In this document: piece by piece, positions 1 through 9,760 of the stretch
Position numbering within the stretch: the first letter of the stretch is position 1
How the letters are laid out: each line of letters begins with the position of its first letter
NCBI GenBank assembly: GCA_963752475.1
Contig: CAVVYR010000006.1
Location: 96,001 to 160,000 of the forward strand
DNA from: an uncultured Chloroflexia bacterium
GTDB lineage: Bacteria > Chloroflexota > Limnocylindria > Limnocylindrales > CSP1-4
Direction of reading: 5' to 3'
Length of the DNA: 64,000 nt
Notes under the pieces: generated by a model
Database searches by the model: none
What the model was told of the DNA's origin: nothing
The model's input: the letters and a program-made list of their open reading frames with translations, nothing else
Program-made: the position numbers and the translations under genes

Positions 1-67
1 CGCGGTCTCTTCCATCTGCAGAGCGTACCCGCTGGATAGTGCGCAGCGTGACTACAATCCCCGAGCC

Positions 68-1609
68 ATGACCGAACGCCTATCTGACCGCGCCCACGAT
101 CCCTTCCAGCCCGCCGCACCCGAGCGTCCCGCCGGCGACCCCGATGTCGCCGCTGTCGCCGACCTGACCGAGGCGGTCGGGTCCATCCTTCCCGCACTCG
201 ATGCCTTCAACCGTTTCGAGGGGCAGGACCGCTCGTCGTTCCGTTCGGAGTGGGGTCCGATCCTCGACGAACCACTGCCCGAGGAGGGCGTCGGGGTCGA
301 GGCGGTGATGGAGATCATGCGCGACACGCTCATCCCCAACGGCCTTCGCCTGGGCCACCCCGGCTTCACCTCCTGGGTCACGACCTCGCCCTCGACCACG
401 GGCGCGGCCGGCCTCCTGGCCTCGGCCGTCGTCAGCGCCCAGCGCTGGTGGCTGCAGCCGGGCAACCACCTCGACAGCATGTCGGTGCGCTGGATCATCG
501 ACCTGCTCGGCTTTCCCGAGTCGTTCGTGGGCACGTACACCTCCGGCGGCAGCACGGCCAACCTCGTGGGCATCGGCGGCGCCCGGCAGCACGCGGCCGA
601 GAAGCTCGGCATCGACGCCGCGCTCGACGGCATCGCCGCCATCCCGGAGCCGCGCGTCTACGCCAGCCCGGAGGTGCACCACGTGGTCACGCGGGCGATG
701 GGCGTGCTGGGCCTGGGTCGACGCAACCTGCGCACGGTCGACCTCGATGCCGATCGTCGCGCCGACCTGCGCCAGATGGAGGCGTTCATCCGCGAGGACA
801 TCGCGGCCGGCCGGACGCCCGTCGCCATCGTGGGCAACGCCGGCGACGTCAACACCGGCATCGTCGACCCGCTGCCACAGATGGCGGAGCTGGCGCGCGA
901 GTTCGACATCTGGTTCCACGTCGACGGCGCCTACGGCGGCTGGGGCATGCTCGACGAGCGCGTGGAAGACGCCTACGGCGACCGTGGTCTCTACGACTCC
1001 TTCGCGGTCGACCCGCACAAGTGGCTGGCGGCACCGGTCGGCACCGGCCTGGCCATCTGTCGCGACGGGGAGCTGCTCAGCCGCGCCTTCACCATCGAGA
1101 CCGGCGCCTACGACCGCGAGCGCAACCAGCAGGAAGCGCCGGTCGGTGACACCGACTCCCCGTGGGGTGCGCTCGGCGGCGGTACGCCCGACTGGGGCGT
1201 GGACTTCTCGACGCCGACCCGCGGCATCCCGGTGTGGGCCATCCTCAAGGAGATCGGCGCCGAGGGCATGCGCGAACGCGTGCGTCGTCACAACGACTTC
1301 GCCCGCATCGTGGCCGAGCACGCCCGCCGCGAGCCCGAGCTGGAGCTGCTCTCGGAGCCACAGCTGTCGATCGCCTGCTTCCGCTATCGGCCGGAGGGTT
1401 GGGACGACCAGGAGCGGCTGAACGAGCTCAACGCCGACATCCTCGCCGAGCTGCGCCGGGTGGGCCGCTCACTGCCGTCGAGCACCAACGTCGATGGCGC
1501 CTTCGCCATCCGCGCCTGCTACATCAACCCGCGCAACGACCGCGAGCACGTCGAGTTGCTCGTGCAGGACGTGCTCGAGATCGGCCGCCGCCTGAGCACC
1601 GCCGGCTAG
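68..1609 (+). CDS. Group II PLP-dependent amino acid decarboxylase (DDC/GAD family)
   Basis: 513 aa; TSGGSTAN, FHVDGAYGG and DSFAVDPHKW (PLP lysine) motifs. Confidence 0.92.
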   Translation: MTERLSDRAHDPFQPAAPERPAGDPDVAAVADLTEAVGSILPALDAFNRFEGQDRSSFRSEWGPILDEPLPEEGVGVEAVMEIMRDTLIPNGLRLGHPGFTSWVTTSPSTTGAAGLLASAVVSAQRWWLQPGNHLDSMSVRWIIDLLGFPESFVGTYTSGGSTANLVGIGGARQHAAEKLGIDAALDGIAAIPEPRVYASPEVHHVVTRAMGVLGLGRRNLRTVDLDADRRADLRQMEAFIREDIAAGRTPVAIVGNAGDVNTGIVDPLPQMAELAREFDIWFHVDGAYGGWGMLDERVEDAYGDRGLYDSFAVDPHKWLAAPVGTGLAICRDGELLSRAFTIETGAYDRERNQQEAPVGDTDSPWGALGGGTPDWGVDFSTPTRGIPVWAILKEIGAEGMRERVRRHNDFARIVAEHARREPELELLSEPQLSIACFRYRPEGWDDQERLNELNADILAELRRVGRSLPSSTNVDGAFAIRACYINPRNDREHVELLVQDVLEIGRRLSTAG

Positions 1610-1628
1610 CCGACCCGCGCACAGAACG

Positions 1629-1657
1629 GAGGCCCGCCCCTTCGCGGGACGGGCCTC
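1629..1657. terminator. Hairpin between convergent genes, probable terminator
   Basis: GAGGCCCG...CGGGCCTC stem; a second hairpin GGTCGGA...TCCGACC at ~1675-1699. Confidence 0.6.
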
Positions 1658-1706
1658 GATATCCGATCGTGGTTGGTCGGACGAACGGTCGTTCCGACCG
1701 GAAACC

Positions 1707-2585
1707 CTACCCGGCGATGACGAACGTGGTCAGGTCGTCGGTGTTGTTGCCCGGGTCAGCGTCGATCGCGCCATCCGCAGGCTTGACCTCGACCTCGAGG
1801 GTCACGTTGTCGAAGATGGCGACGCAGGTGTAGGCGTAGACCCAGCTCTTCTGATCGCCCGATGCGAGCTCTGCCTTCTTGCCACTCGGCGACTGCGTCG
1901 TGGTGCAGGGGTCGCCTTCGGGCTGCGTGAACACGGGGACGAGCGAATACGTCGCCGCGTCGGGCCCATCGTTGGAGACGACCGCCTCGAACGACACAGC
2001 TCCGCCGAGGGTGATCTCATTGCCGGTCACCGCCACCGAGAAGTCGGCCTCGGGCGGGGGCGGCGGGGGCGGCGGAGGAGTGGGCGTCGGCTCAGGCTTG
2101 GGCGGGGCTACCGGTGCTACCGGCGCAGCCGGCGCCTTGCCGCAACGGACCATCGGGCCCATGCCGGTGTTCTGCCAGCACTTGTCGGTGCCGCGGCCGC
2201 CGTCGATGTTGTCGTTGCCGGCGTTGCCGAACAGGCGGTCTGGTCCGAGGTTGCCCAGGACCCGGTCGTTGCCCTGTCCGCCGTAGACGAGGTCAGCGCC
2301 CTTGTTGGCGGCGATGACGTCGTTGCCGGGGCCGCCACAGATGACGTCGTTGCCCCGAAGGCCGAAGATCTTGTCGTTGCCACCCAGGGCGGCGATGACG
2401 TCACGCTTGTGCGTGCCCTTGATGACCTCGCTGGCGGCGGTGCCCACGATGGTGGCGACTCGGCCGGCACACTTGACTTCCGGGCCAGCCGCAGCCGGCG
2501 CAGCCACGGTGGCCACGGTCAGCGACGCGAGTAGCGCTCCTGAGGCCACGACGGCCACAAGGCGCGAGATACTGCGGTGCTTCAT
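1707..2585 (-). CDS. Secreted Ca-binding (hemolysin-type GGxGND repeat) protein with Pro-rich linker and DUF11/CARDB-like Ig domain
   Basis: Signal peptide after ATG 2585 (AAGGAG upstream); repeats GGND/GGPGND/GGQGND/GNAGND; PPPPPPPP linker; C-terminal ADFSVAV...SNDGPDAA...DADPGNN. Confidence 0.8.
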   Translation of the reverse strand: MKHRSISRLVAVVASGALLASLTVATVAAPAAAGPEVKCAGRVATIVGTAASEVIKGTHKRDVIAALGGNDKIFGLRGNDVICGGPGNDVIAANKGADLVYGGQGNDRVLGNLGPDRLFGNAGNDNIDGGRGTDKCWQNTGMGPMVRCGKAPAAPVAPVAPPKPEPTPTPPPPPPPPPEADFSVAVTGNEITLGGAVSFEAVVSNDGPDAATYSLVPVFTQPEGDPCTTTQSPSGKKAELASGDQKSWVYAYTCVAIFDNVTLEVEVKPADGAIDADPGNNTDDLTTFVIAG

Positions 2586-2780
2586 CTTCGTTCCGCACTC
2601 CTTCTGCATGGCCACGTCACTGCGCCGATGAACATGATGTGGCGCTCAGGCTGGTGGCCGGATGGCGACGTTAGGTACAGAGGAATGCAGGGTCCACCGT
2701 TCGGATGGGACGGGTGGGGCAGGACCTTTGGCTCCACGGTCGACGAAAGCGTGGCCCCCATCCAGTCGCCGCTCGTCGCC

Positions 2781-2861
2781 TCCGGCCCGATGTCGGTGGG
2801 GACGACGTTACCGGCCGGTTCCGCCGTTCCATGTAGACATCTGTCGGTGGAGTCGACGGTG
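2781..2861 (-). repeat. Two copies of dispersed GTCG-N7-CGAC intergenic repeat
   Basis: Cores at 2792-2806 and 2843-2857 with the same flanks as copies at 3481, 8.8-9.1 kb and 54.3-54.7 kb. Confidence 0.7.
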
Positions 2862-3362
2862 GCGAGGATGGGCCCGACCCCCGGCACCGTCCGCAAGAGC
2901 GGCACGTACTCGTGGTCGGCCCCGAGCCGTGCCAGCTCGGCTTCGCAGCCGCGGATCTCGGCCTCGAGCGCGTCGAGCCGCGCGAGGCTCGCTGCGAGCG
3001 TCCGGTCCCAGGCTCGGGGACCTCGAGCGCCGCGAGCAGCTCCCGGCCCCGGACCCCGAAGAGTCCGTGGCGGGCACGCTGTGGCCGAACGCGAAGAGCG
3101 TGGCGTGGACCCGGTTCTTGATCGAGGTGCGATGGCGCACGAGGTACAGCCGATAGCGGGCACGCTCGCGCTCGGCACGGATGGCCGGGTGGACCAGCCA
3201 GACCGCGGGCACGAGGTCGCGCCAGCGAGGATCGCGAGCACCCGCGCGTCGATCTCGTCGGTCTTGGCCGCGAGCGGTGCGAGGCCCTTGACCCTGGCTG
3301 CGTCGGCGATGAGCACGTCCCAGCCGTGGCCCTGCAGCTCGTCATGCACGAAGCGGGCAGTC
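2860..3362 (-). pseudogene. IS110-family transposase internal fragment, truncated at both ends and frameshifted
   Basis: VKGLAPLAAKTDEIDARVLA (KTD motif), RYRLYLVRHRTSIKNRVH and LLRTVPGVGPIL across shifted frames. Confidence 0.85.
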
Positions 3363-3480
3363 ACACGAATCGGCCTACCTGTACCGAGAAGCGGTCCCAC
3401 TCCTTGTTCGAATATGCCCTGGCACGCTCAGCACTGGCGGCCACGCGCCTCCGCCATCCGTTTCGGGTGACCACGAGCAT

Positions 3481-3514
3481 GACTACGGTCGACTCGACCG
3501 ACATCTGTCCACAT
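3481..3514 (+). repeat. Copy of GTCG-N7-CGAC intergenic repeat
   Basis: GACTACGGTCGACTCGACCGACATCTGTCCACAT; near reverse complement of 2829-2860. Confidence 0.7.
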
Positions 3515-3651
3515 GACACACGCCAACCCCGTCGACTTGCGTGCAACCCCGGCCACAGGCGCTCGACCCCGACTACACGCGCGCACGCGCCATGCAGGAT
3601 TGCCGGGCGCGGCACCGGCGTGGCCGGCTCCGGTGTGGCCCTGTCGGGTGC

Positions 3652-4362
3652 CTACAGATCCTGCGGGCGAGGGCCGGCGAGCTTGTCGAGGAAGAGCAGG
3701 ACCGGGCGGGCCGCGTCGAGGTCCTTGGCGATGATGTCCGGCAGCTTGGCCGAGAAGACATCCTTGTCCGCGAGCGGCCGGCTGAAGATGACGTCCTTCA
3801 GCCGCAGCAGATGCCCGTACGGATGGTCCTTGGGGAAGCCCTTGGGGTTGCGCGTCAGCGACTCACCGGTGACCGAGCCGAAGACCGAGCGGAAGCGCCG
3901 GTCCTCGATGGCCCTGAGCACGGCACTCGGGTCGCGGTCGAGCTTCTCTCGGAACGCCGCCAGCCGGGACCGCTCGGGGTGCCACATGCCACCCCCGACG
4001 AAGATGCTGCCCGGCTCCAGGTGGAAGTAGCCACCGACCGCACCGCGCGGGCGCAGCTCGTCACCGCGCGAGTCGTTCCAGGGGAAGTCGGCCCCGATGC
4101 CGGTCTTGTACGGCGACTTGTCCTTGGAGAAGCGGACGTCGCGATAGATGCGGAAGGGTGAGCGCTTGGGGTCGGCCTCCAGCGGCAGCCGAACCTCGTC
4201 GAACCGATCGGCCAGGGCCACGCAGAGGGCTTCGAGCGGCTCCTTGATGAGTTCCTCGTACTGCGCCTTGCGCGGCTTGAACCAGGCACGGTCGTTGTTG
4301 GCGGCGAGATCGGCGAGGAACTGCAGGGCCTCGGGGGAGAAGCCGTTGAACGCGTCTGGCAT
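3652..4362 (-). CDS. DUF2461 family protein
   Basis: FLADLAANNDRAWF, FRIYRDVRFSKDKSPYK; start at ATG 4362 with GGAG upstream. Confidence 0.9.
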   Translation of the reverse strand: MPDAFNGFSPEALQFLADLAANNDRAWFKPRKAQYEELIKEPLEALCVALADRFDEVRLPLEADPKRSPFRIYRDVRFSKDKSPYKTGIGADFPWNDSRGDELRPRGAVGGYFHLEPGSIFVGGGMWHPERSRLAAFREKLDRDPSAVLRAIEDRRFRSVFGSVTGESLTRNPKGFPKDHPYGHLLRLKDVIFSRPLADKDVFSAKLPDIIAKDLDAARPVLLFLDKLAGPRPQDL

Positions 4363-4597
4363 GGGTCGTCTCCTGCGGGTCGCGACCCGCGCTCCGAAAG
4401 GTTCGTCGTTGCCTATGATGGCGCCGGATGGCAATGCCCGCGAACCGACCCGCCTGCCTCGGTCCGTCGTTGGTATCGGTGCCTGCGCGCCGAACGTCCC
4501 ATTCCCTTCGCCCACCCGATGGCTCAGTCTCCGACGCCATGGACTGCCTGCCCAGTGGTGACTCGCTGTGCCCGCGCCCGGCTGATGGTGATTCGGG

Positions 4598-7500
4598 ATG
4601 ACCGACGACCAGCGGCCGGATATGGAGTGGCCGAGCGAGGACCTGGCGCGGTCGCCCGACAAGCCTGAGCCCAGGCCCGAGGTCGAATGGCCCAGCGAGG
4701 ACCTGGCCAAGGCCTCGAAGGCCCAGCCCGAACCCCCTGCTCCCACACCTGAGCCTGCCCCACCAGCGCCCGAGCCTGCCCCTCCAGCGCCGGAGCCCGC
4801 CCCTCCAGCACGCGAACCGGCTCCGCCCGTGCCCCCGACGCCCCCGCCCCCTGAGCCTCCGCCCGTTGCCCCTGCGCCGGCCGCCCCAGCGCCTCAGCCC
4901 CTGACCCCTGCGCCGCCGCCCGCCGCGCCCGAGCCCACGCCGGCTGCAGCCGAACCCCCGCCCGTCACGCCCGAGCCGGCCGCCCCCGTGCCGCCACCCG
5001 CTGAGCCGGCCGCCCCGTGCCGCCACCCGCTGAGCCCGTGATCCCGGCCCAGCCGACGTGGAACGAGACACCACCACCAGCTCCACCGGCGGAACAGCCG
5101 CCCGTCACGCCCCAGCCGGCCACACCTGAACCTCAGGTCCCCGCCTTCCAGCCGCCGGTCTCCCCCCAGCCCACCACGCCCGACCCCCAGGTCCCGGCCT
5201 TCCAGCCGCCTCCTGAGCCCGCTGCGCCGGCGGAGGAGAACCCGTGGGACAACCGGCCGAACCAGACGCCACCCGACCCGTTCGACATCCCGCCGAGCGG
5301 ACCACAGCAGGATCCCTACGACATCCCGCCGAGCGGGCCCCAGGATGGTGCCTACACTCCGCCGCCGGAGTACCAGCAGCTGCCCGGCGAGAACCCGTAC
5401 GCCGCGCCCCCGCCCTACGGTCAGCAAACGTACGAGAGTCCCTACGGCCAGGCGCCTGCCCCGCCAGCGCCGGTCGACCCCGGGCCGTTCGCGGTGGCCG
5501 GCATGACCGCTCCCGCCGAGACCGGTCCGGTCGAGACGGAAGACCGCACCGAAGGCGACAAGCCCCACTTCCGCCGGGACATCGAGGGCCTGCGCGCCAT
5601 CGCCGTGCTGGCGGTGCTGCTGTTCCACGTCGGCGTGCCCTACTTCGACGGCGGCTTCGTGGGTGTCGACGTCTTCTACGTCATCTCCGGCTTCCTCATC
5701 ACCGGCCTGCTGCTGCGAGAAGGGGAGCAGACCGGCAAGGTCGACCTGCTCCGCTTCTACGCCCGACGCATGCGGCGCCTGCTGCCGGCAGCGCTGCTGG
5801 TCATCATCGTCACGCTGGTCCTCTCAGCGTTCATCGTCTCGCCGCTGCGGCTGACCGAGATCGCCGGCGATGCCGCGGCTTCGGCCCTCTATGTGGCCAA
5901 CTTCCGCTTCGCGCTCGAAGCGACCGACTATCTCGCCACCGCCGCGCCCTCGCCGTTGCTCCACTTCTGGACGCTCGGCGTGGAGGAGCAGTTCTACCTC
6001 GTCTGGCCGCTGATCCTGCTGCTGGTCGTCCGCTTCCTGCCCGGTCGCCTCGTGGGGCTCTTCATCCTCATCCTCGCGATCGTCTCGTTCGTGATCTCGT
6101 TCGTGTGGACGACGTCGCTTCCCGAGTGGGCTTTCTACTCACCGGTGACCCGGGCCTGGGAGCTCGCTGCGGGCGCCCTCATCGCCATCGGCCTGCTGCG
6201 CATCCCGGCGCGGGTGCCGCGCATCGCGGCCAGCATCGCGGTCGCGCTGGGCCTGCTGCTCATCGCCGGCTCGGTCCTGCTCGGCGGGGTCCTGGCCGAG
6301 CTAGGGATCGGCGGCGAGATCGCCAACGCCCTCTTCGCCACGCCGGACACCCCCTTCCCAGGCGTCGCCGCGATCCTGCCGGTCGCCGGCACGGCCCTGG
6401 TCATCATGGGCGGCAGCCACAGCCGCACGCTCATCAGCCGCTTCCTGCTGGGCAACCCGCTCAGCCGGTATCTCGGTCGTATCAGCTACTCGCTGTACCT
6501 GTGGCATTGGCCCATCCTCATCCTCGTGCCCATCCAGCTGGGTGTCGACGACCTGGCCACGCGGCTGATCCTGGCTGGTGTCGCAATCGTCCTGGCCATC
6601 CTCAGCACCGAGCTGTGGGAGCGGCCCTGGCGCAAGTCCGGCGCGCTCGAGAAGCGGACCGGCGGCACCATCCGCCTGGGCCTCGTGGGCTCGGTCGGCG
6701 TGGGCGTGACGGCGCTCTTCATGAGCGGCGCCATCGTGCTGCCCTCGAACATCGAGCTGCCCTGGATCCAGCCATCCAAGGTCGTGGCCGAGCTGGCCGG
6801 CGTGCGCGAGGACCTGCCTGCACACGTCGACGACGGCTGCCACCTGCTGAACTATCGTCAGCAGAGGCTCAAGACCGGCTGCGTCTACGGCGACCCCGAT
6901 GGCGATCAGACGGCCATGCTCATCGGCGACTCGCATGCCGCGCAGTGGATGCCCGCGCTGGACACCTATGCCCGGGAGCAGGGCTGGCGGCTGGAGACCT
7001 ACACCAAGGCCGCCTGCGCGGTCATCGACGTGCCCGTCTGGGAACGGTCGCAGCGCAGCGTCTTCGAGCAGTGCCTCAACTGGCGGGACAAGGTGCTCAA
7101 GCACGTCCGTGAGACCAGGCCGGACGTCGTCTTCGTGGGGCTCTCCCGCGACTACGACCTGCAGAACGGCACCGACGTCATCCAGTCGCAGGACGCCACC
7201 AACTACTGGCGCGAGCAACTCACGGCGTACCTCGAGACCATCGGCAGGCCGGCCGGTGAGGTCGTGCTCCTGGCCGAGACGCCCTTCTTCCCGTTCGACC
7301 CCGTGGACTGCCTGGCCGATCCCGACATCGCCAACTGCGACCCCTCGACCTCGATCGTGGTCGATGAGGAGTACGCGGCGCTGGAGCGGCGTGCGGCGAA
7401 CGCGTCGGGCGCCGAGCTTCTGTCGATCAACGAGATCCTGTGTCCCGATGGCACATGCCCCGTGGTGGCCGACGACATCGTCGTCTTCCGTGACAACCAC

Positions 7501-7626
7501 CACGTGACCGCGACGTTCATGGAGCACCTGGCCGAGCCCATCGGCAACCTGCTCGAGGGCAAGCCGGCGTATCCGACCCCGGTGCCGACGCTGACGCCCG
7601 CGACGGCCGAGCCCGCCTCTTCCTGA
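4598..7626 (+). CDS. Acyltransferase-3 + SGNH (OatA/OafA-type O-acyltransferase) with long Pro-rich N-terminus; one frameshift at ~5013
   Basis: FRRDIEGLRAIAV, GGFVGVDVFYVISGFLIT, LLHFWTLGVEEQFY, GDSHA, DNHHVT; ORFs 4598-5041 and 5017-7626 join if a C4 run in a duplicated 30-mer is read as C5. Confidence 0.88.
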
Positions 7627-7832
7627 CACCCCGGGGCCACTCCCTCCCGGACCCTCGCGTTGGCTCGCCCAACCCCTCCGACCGCACCCCTGCGTACCGC
7701 ATCAGCTGAAACTCGATTCGGGCTCGAGTCGGGTCTGGTGTAGTTGCTGATGGTTCCGTATCCCACCCGGGTCATCCCCGGTGGTACCCGCGTGTGGGAG
7801 TCGGCCCAGCCCGTGCTGGGGACAGTCGGGAC

Positions 7833-8717
7833 ATGCCCGCATTCCGAACCATCTCCGTCAACCGAGTGGCCGTGGCAGCGCTCGTTGCGGCGATGCTTCT
7901 TGCACTCGTTCCTGCCACAACGATGGCCGGTGTCAACGACGCGCCCAAGGCCGTCCGCGAGGCCGAGTGGGAGGTCCTCGGGGCGATCAACCACTATCGC
8001 GTCAGCCGTGGCCTGGCCCCGGTGCGCATGGCTCAGCAGGCCCGCCTGGTCGCCCGCGATCGCTCGCAGGACATGGCCGCCAGCGGCACGCTCAGTCACT
8101 CCTCGCCCAACGGCCGCGACGCCGCCAGCCTCCTGGCCAGGCGCAACGTGAAGTACCAGGCGGGTGCCGAGAACATCGGCCGCGCCACGTTCGTCGACTG
8201 GGACAGCGCCACCAAGGCCATCATGTACGGCTGGAAGGGCAGCTCCAGCCACAACGCGACCATCCTCAGCGGGAAATACAACTACGTCGGCATCGGCGTG
8301 GCCCGCGGTGGCAAGTACGCCTACTTCACGACCATCTTTCTGAAGCAGAAGGACCACACCGCACCGCGCGCCGGTTTCGTGGAGCCGAAGGACCAGGCTG
8401 CGCCGCACTCCGGCATGGTCGCGGCCTCGACCGGCAAGACGGTGGCAGCCCGACAGGACGGCAAGAAGCGCGTGACCATCCGCTGGTGGGGCCGCGATCC
8501 CAAGATCGCCACGCGCCACTCGGGCATCAAGCGGTTCGTCCTCCAGCACAAGCGTGTCGGTGGCGACAAGGGCTGGGTCACGATCAAGAAGAACACGCTC
8601 TCGCACAAGCTGACGCTGACCTTGACCGAGGGTCGGCACAAGTTCCGCGTCCGCGCCATCGACCGCGCCGGCAACGTCGGCAAGTGGCACCGACCGCTGG
8701 TCGTCCGCGTCACCTAG
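7833..8717 (+). CDS. Secreted CAP/SCP-domain protein with C-terminal FN3-like domain
   Basis: Signal peptide; INHYRVSRGL, GAENIG, WKGSSSHNATIL, VGIGVA; FRVRAIDRAGNVG. Confidence 0.85.
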   Translation: MPAFRTISVNRVAVAALVAAMLLALVPATTMAGVNDAPKAVREAEWEVLGAINHYRVSRGLAPVRMAQQARLVARDRSQDMAASGTLSHSSPNGRDAASLLARRNVKYQAGAENIGRATFVDWDSATKAIMYGWKGSSSHNATILSGKYNYVGIGVARGGKYAYFTTIFLKQKDHTAPRAGFVEPKDQAAPHSGMVAASTGKTVAARQDGKKRVTIRWWGRDPKIATRHSGIKRFVLQHKRVGGDKGWVTIKKNTLSHKLTLTLTEGRHKFRVRAIDRAGNVGKWHRPLVVRVT

Positions 8718-8736
8718 ATCATCGACACTGCCACCT

Positions 8737-8771
8737 GAAACGCCGGGCCACGTCCACTGGCCCGGCGTTTC
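8737..8771. terminator. Intrinsic terminator
   Basis: Perfect 14-bp stem GAAACGCCGGGCCA/TGGCCCGGCGTTTC about 20 nt after the stop codon. Confidence 0.8.
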
Positions 8772-8822
8772 GAATTCGGGCTTTCGATGCGCTGGTCCGG
8801 CCGAGGTACTGCCGCTTTCGTA

Positions 8823-9123
8823 GTCACGCGTCGTCCCTATCGACGCTTGGCCGACACGTAGCCACTCCCGGTCGCTTGAGCGGAGCCAGATAGCGCCCGA
8901 CGCGGCCCGGATCGGCGCCCTGGGGCCTCGACGGTAGTCATCTGTCGCCCTGGTCGACGCTACCGACCCGCCGCTCGGATATGGTCGGCTGAGGCGACAC
9001 CTGGCCATCGAGGATCCCCCGATCAAGCCGATACCGTCGCCCCCATCGACGACTGACCACGACGACCTGCCGAGCGGCGACGATCCGTTGGACTACCGTC
9101 GACCCGGACGACATCCGGCCACA
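8823..9123. repeat. Cluster of five GTCG-N7-CGAC repeats
   Basis: Cores at 8830, 8944 (minus), 8984, 9036 and 9098. Confidence 0.7.
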
Positions 9124-9165
9124 AGCCGAGGCACCCAGCCTGGAAGCCGCGGTACCCAGCCCGGG

Positions 9166-9724
9166 TCAGGCTCGAAGGCGGGCGATAGCTCCGCGGAACG
9201 CGGCCATGACGTCGGGTCCGCGGAGCACCCAGATGATGTCCTCGATGCCGCTGGCGGGATGTGTGCTGAGCCACTCGCGCACGGCGCCGACCGATTCCCG
9301 AGCGGCCTGGTCGAGCGGGTAGCCATAGATGCCGCAGCTGATGGCTGAGAACGCGACGGTCTGATCGCCGGCTTCGGTCACTCGGTCGAGCGAACTCGAG
9401 TAGGCGCCACGAAGCAGGGCCGCTTCATCGTGGTCGCCGCCCCGCCAGATGGGCCCTACCGCATGGACGATGTGACGAGCCGGCAGGTTCCCTGCGCCGG
9501 TGATGACGGCCGAGCCGGTGGGGCAGCCGTCGTAGCGCTCGCGCAGCTCGGCCATGACCGCTGGGACCGGCCGCGGCGTGGATAGCCCCATCGACGCCGC
9601 CACCACCGGCGAGAGCACTATTGGCCGCGTTGACGACGGCATCCACACTGACCTGCGTGATGTCGCCTGCCAGTAGACGTACACGCGTGCCGTGCCACCG
9701 TGCGTCCGGGTTCTCGCCTTCCAT
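9166..9724 (-). CDS. Macro-domain protein (O-acetyl-ADP-ribose deacetylase-like); frameshift at ~9565
   Basis: [34 protein letters not shown] in one frame; [10 protein letters not shown]...[10 protein letters not shown] in another. Confidence 0.9.
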
Positions 9725-9760
9725 CTGCCCAGTCTCGCGGCTCGTCACGCCCGGAGGCAA

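Noticed and set aside
1707-2585. RTX toxin
   Set aside because: Short protein with a Sec-type signal peptide; no type I secretion or toxin acyltransferase genes
7203-9026. Long antisense and alternate-frame ORFs (e.g. 7203-9026, 5244-7112, 54848-56164, and the 48126 extension)
   Set aside because: Shadow ORFs typical of high-GC DNA that overlap well-supported genes and carry no motifs
8823-9123. Repeats as integron attC sites
   Set aside because: No GTTRRRY/RYYYAAC ends, no cassette structure and no integrase
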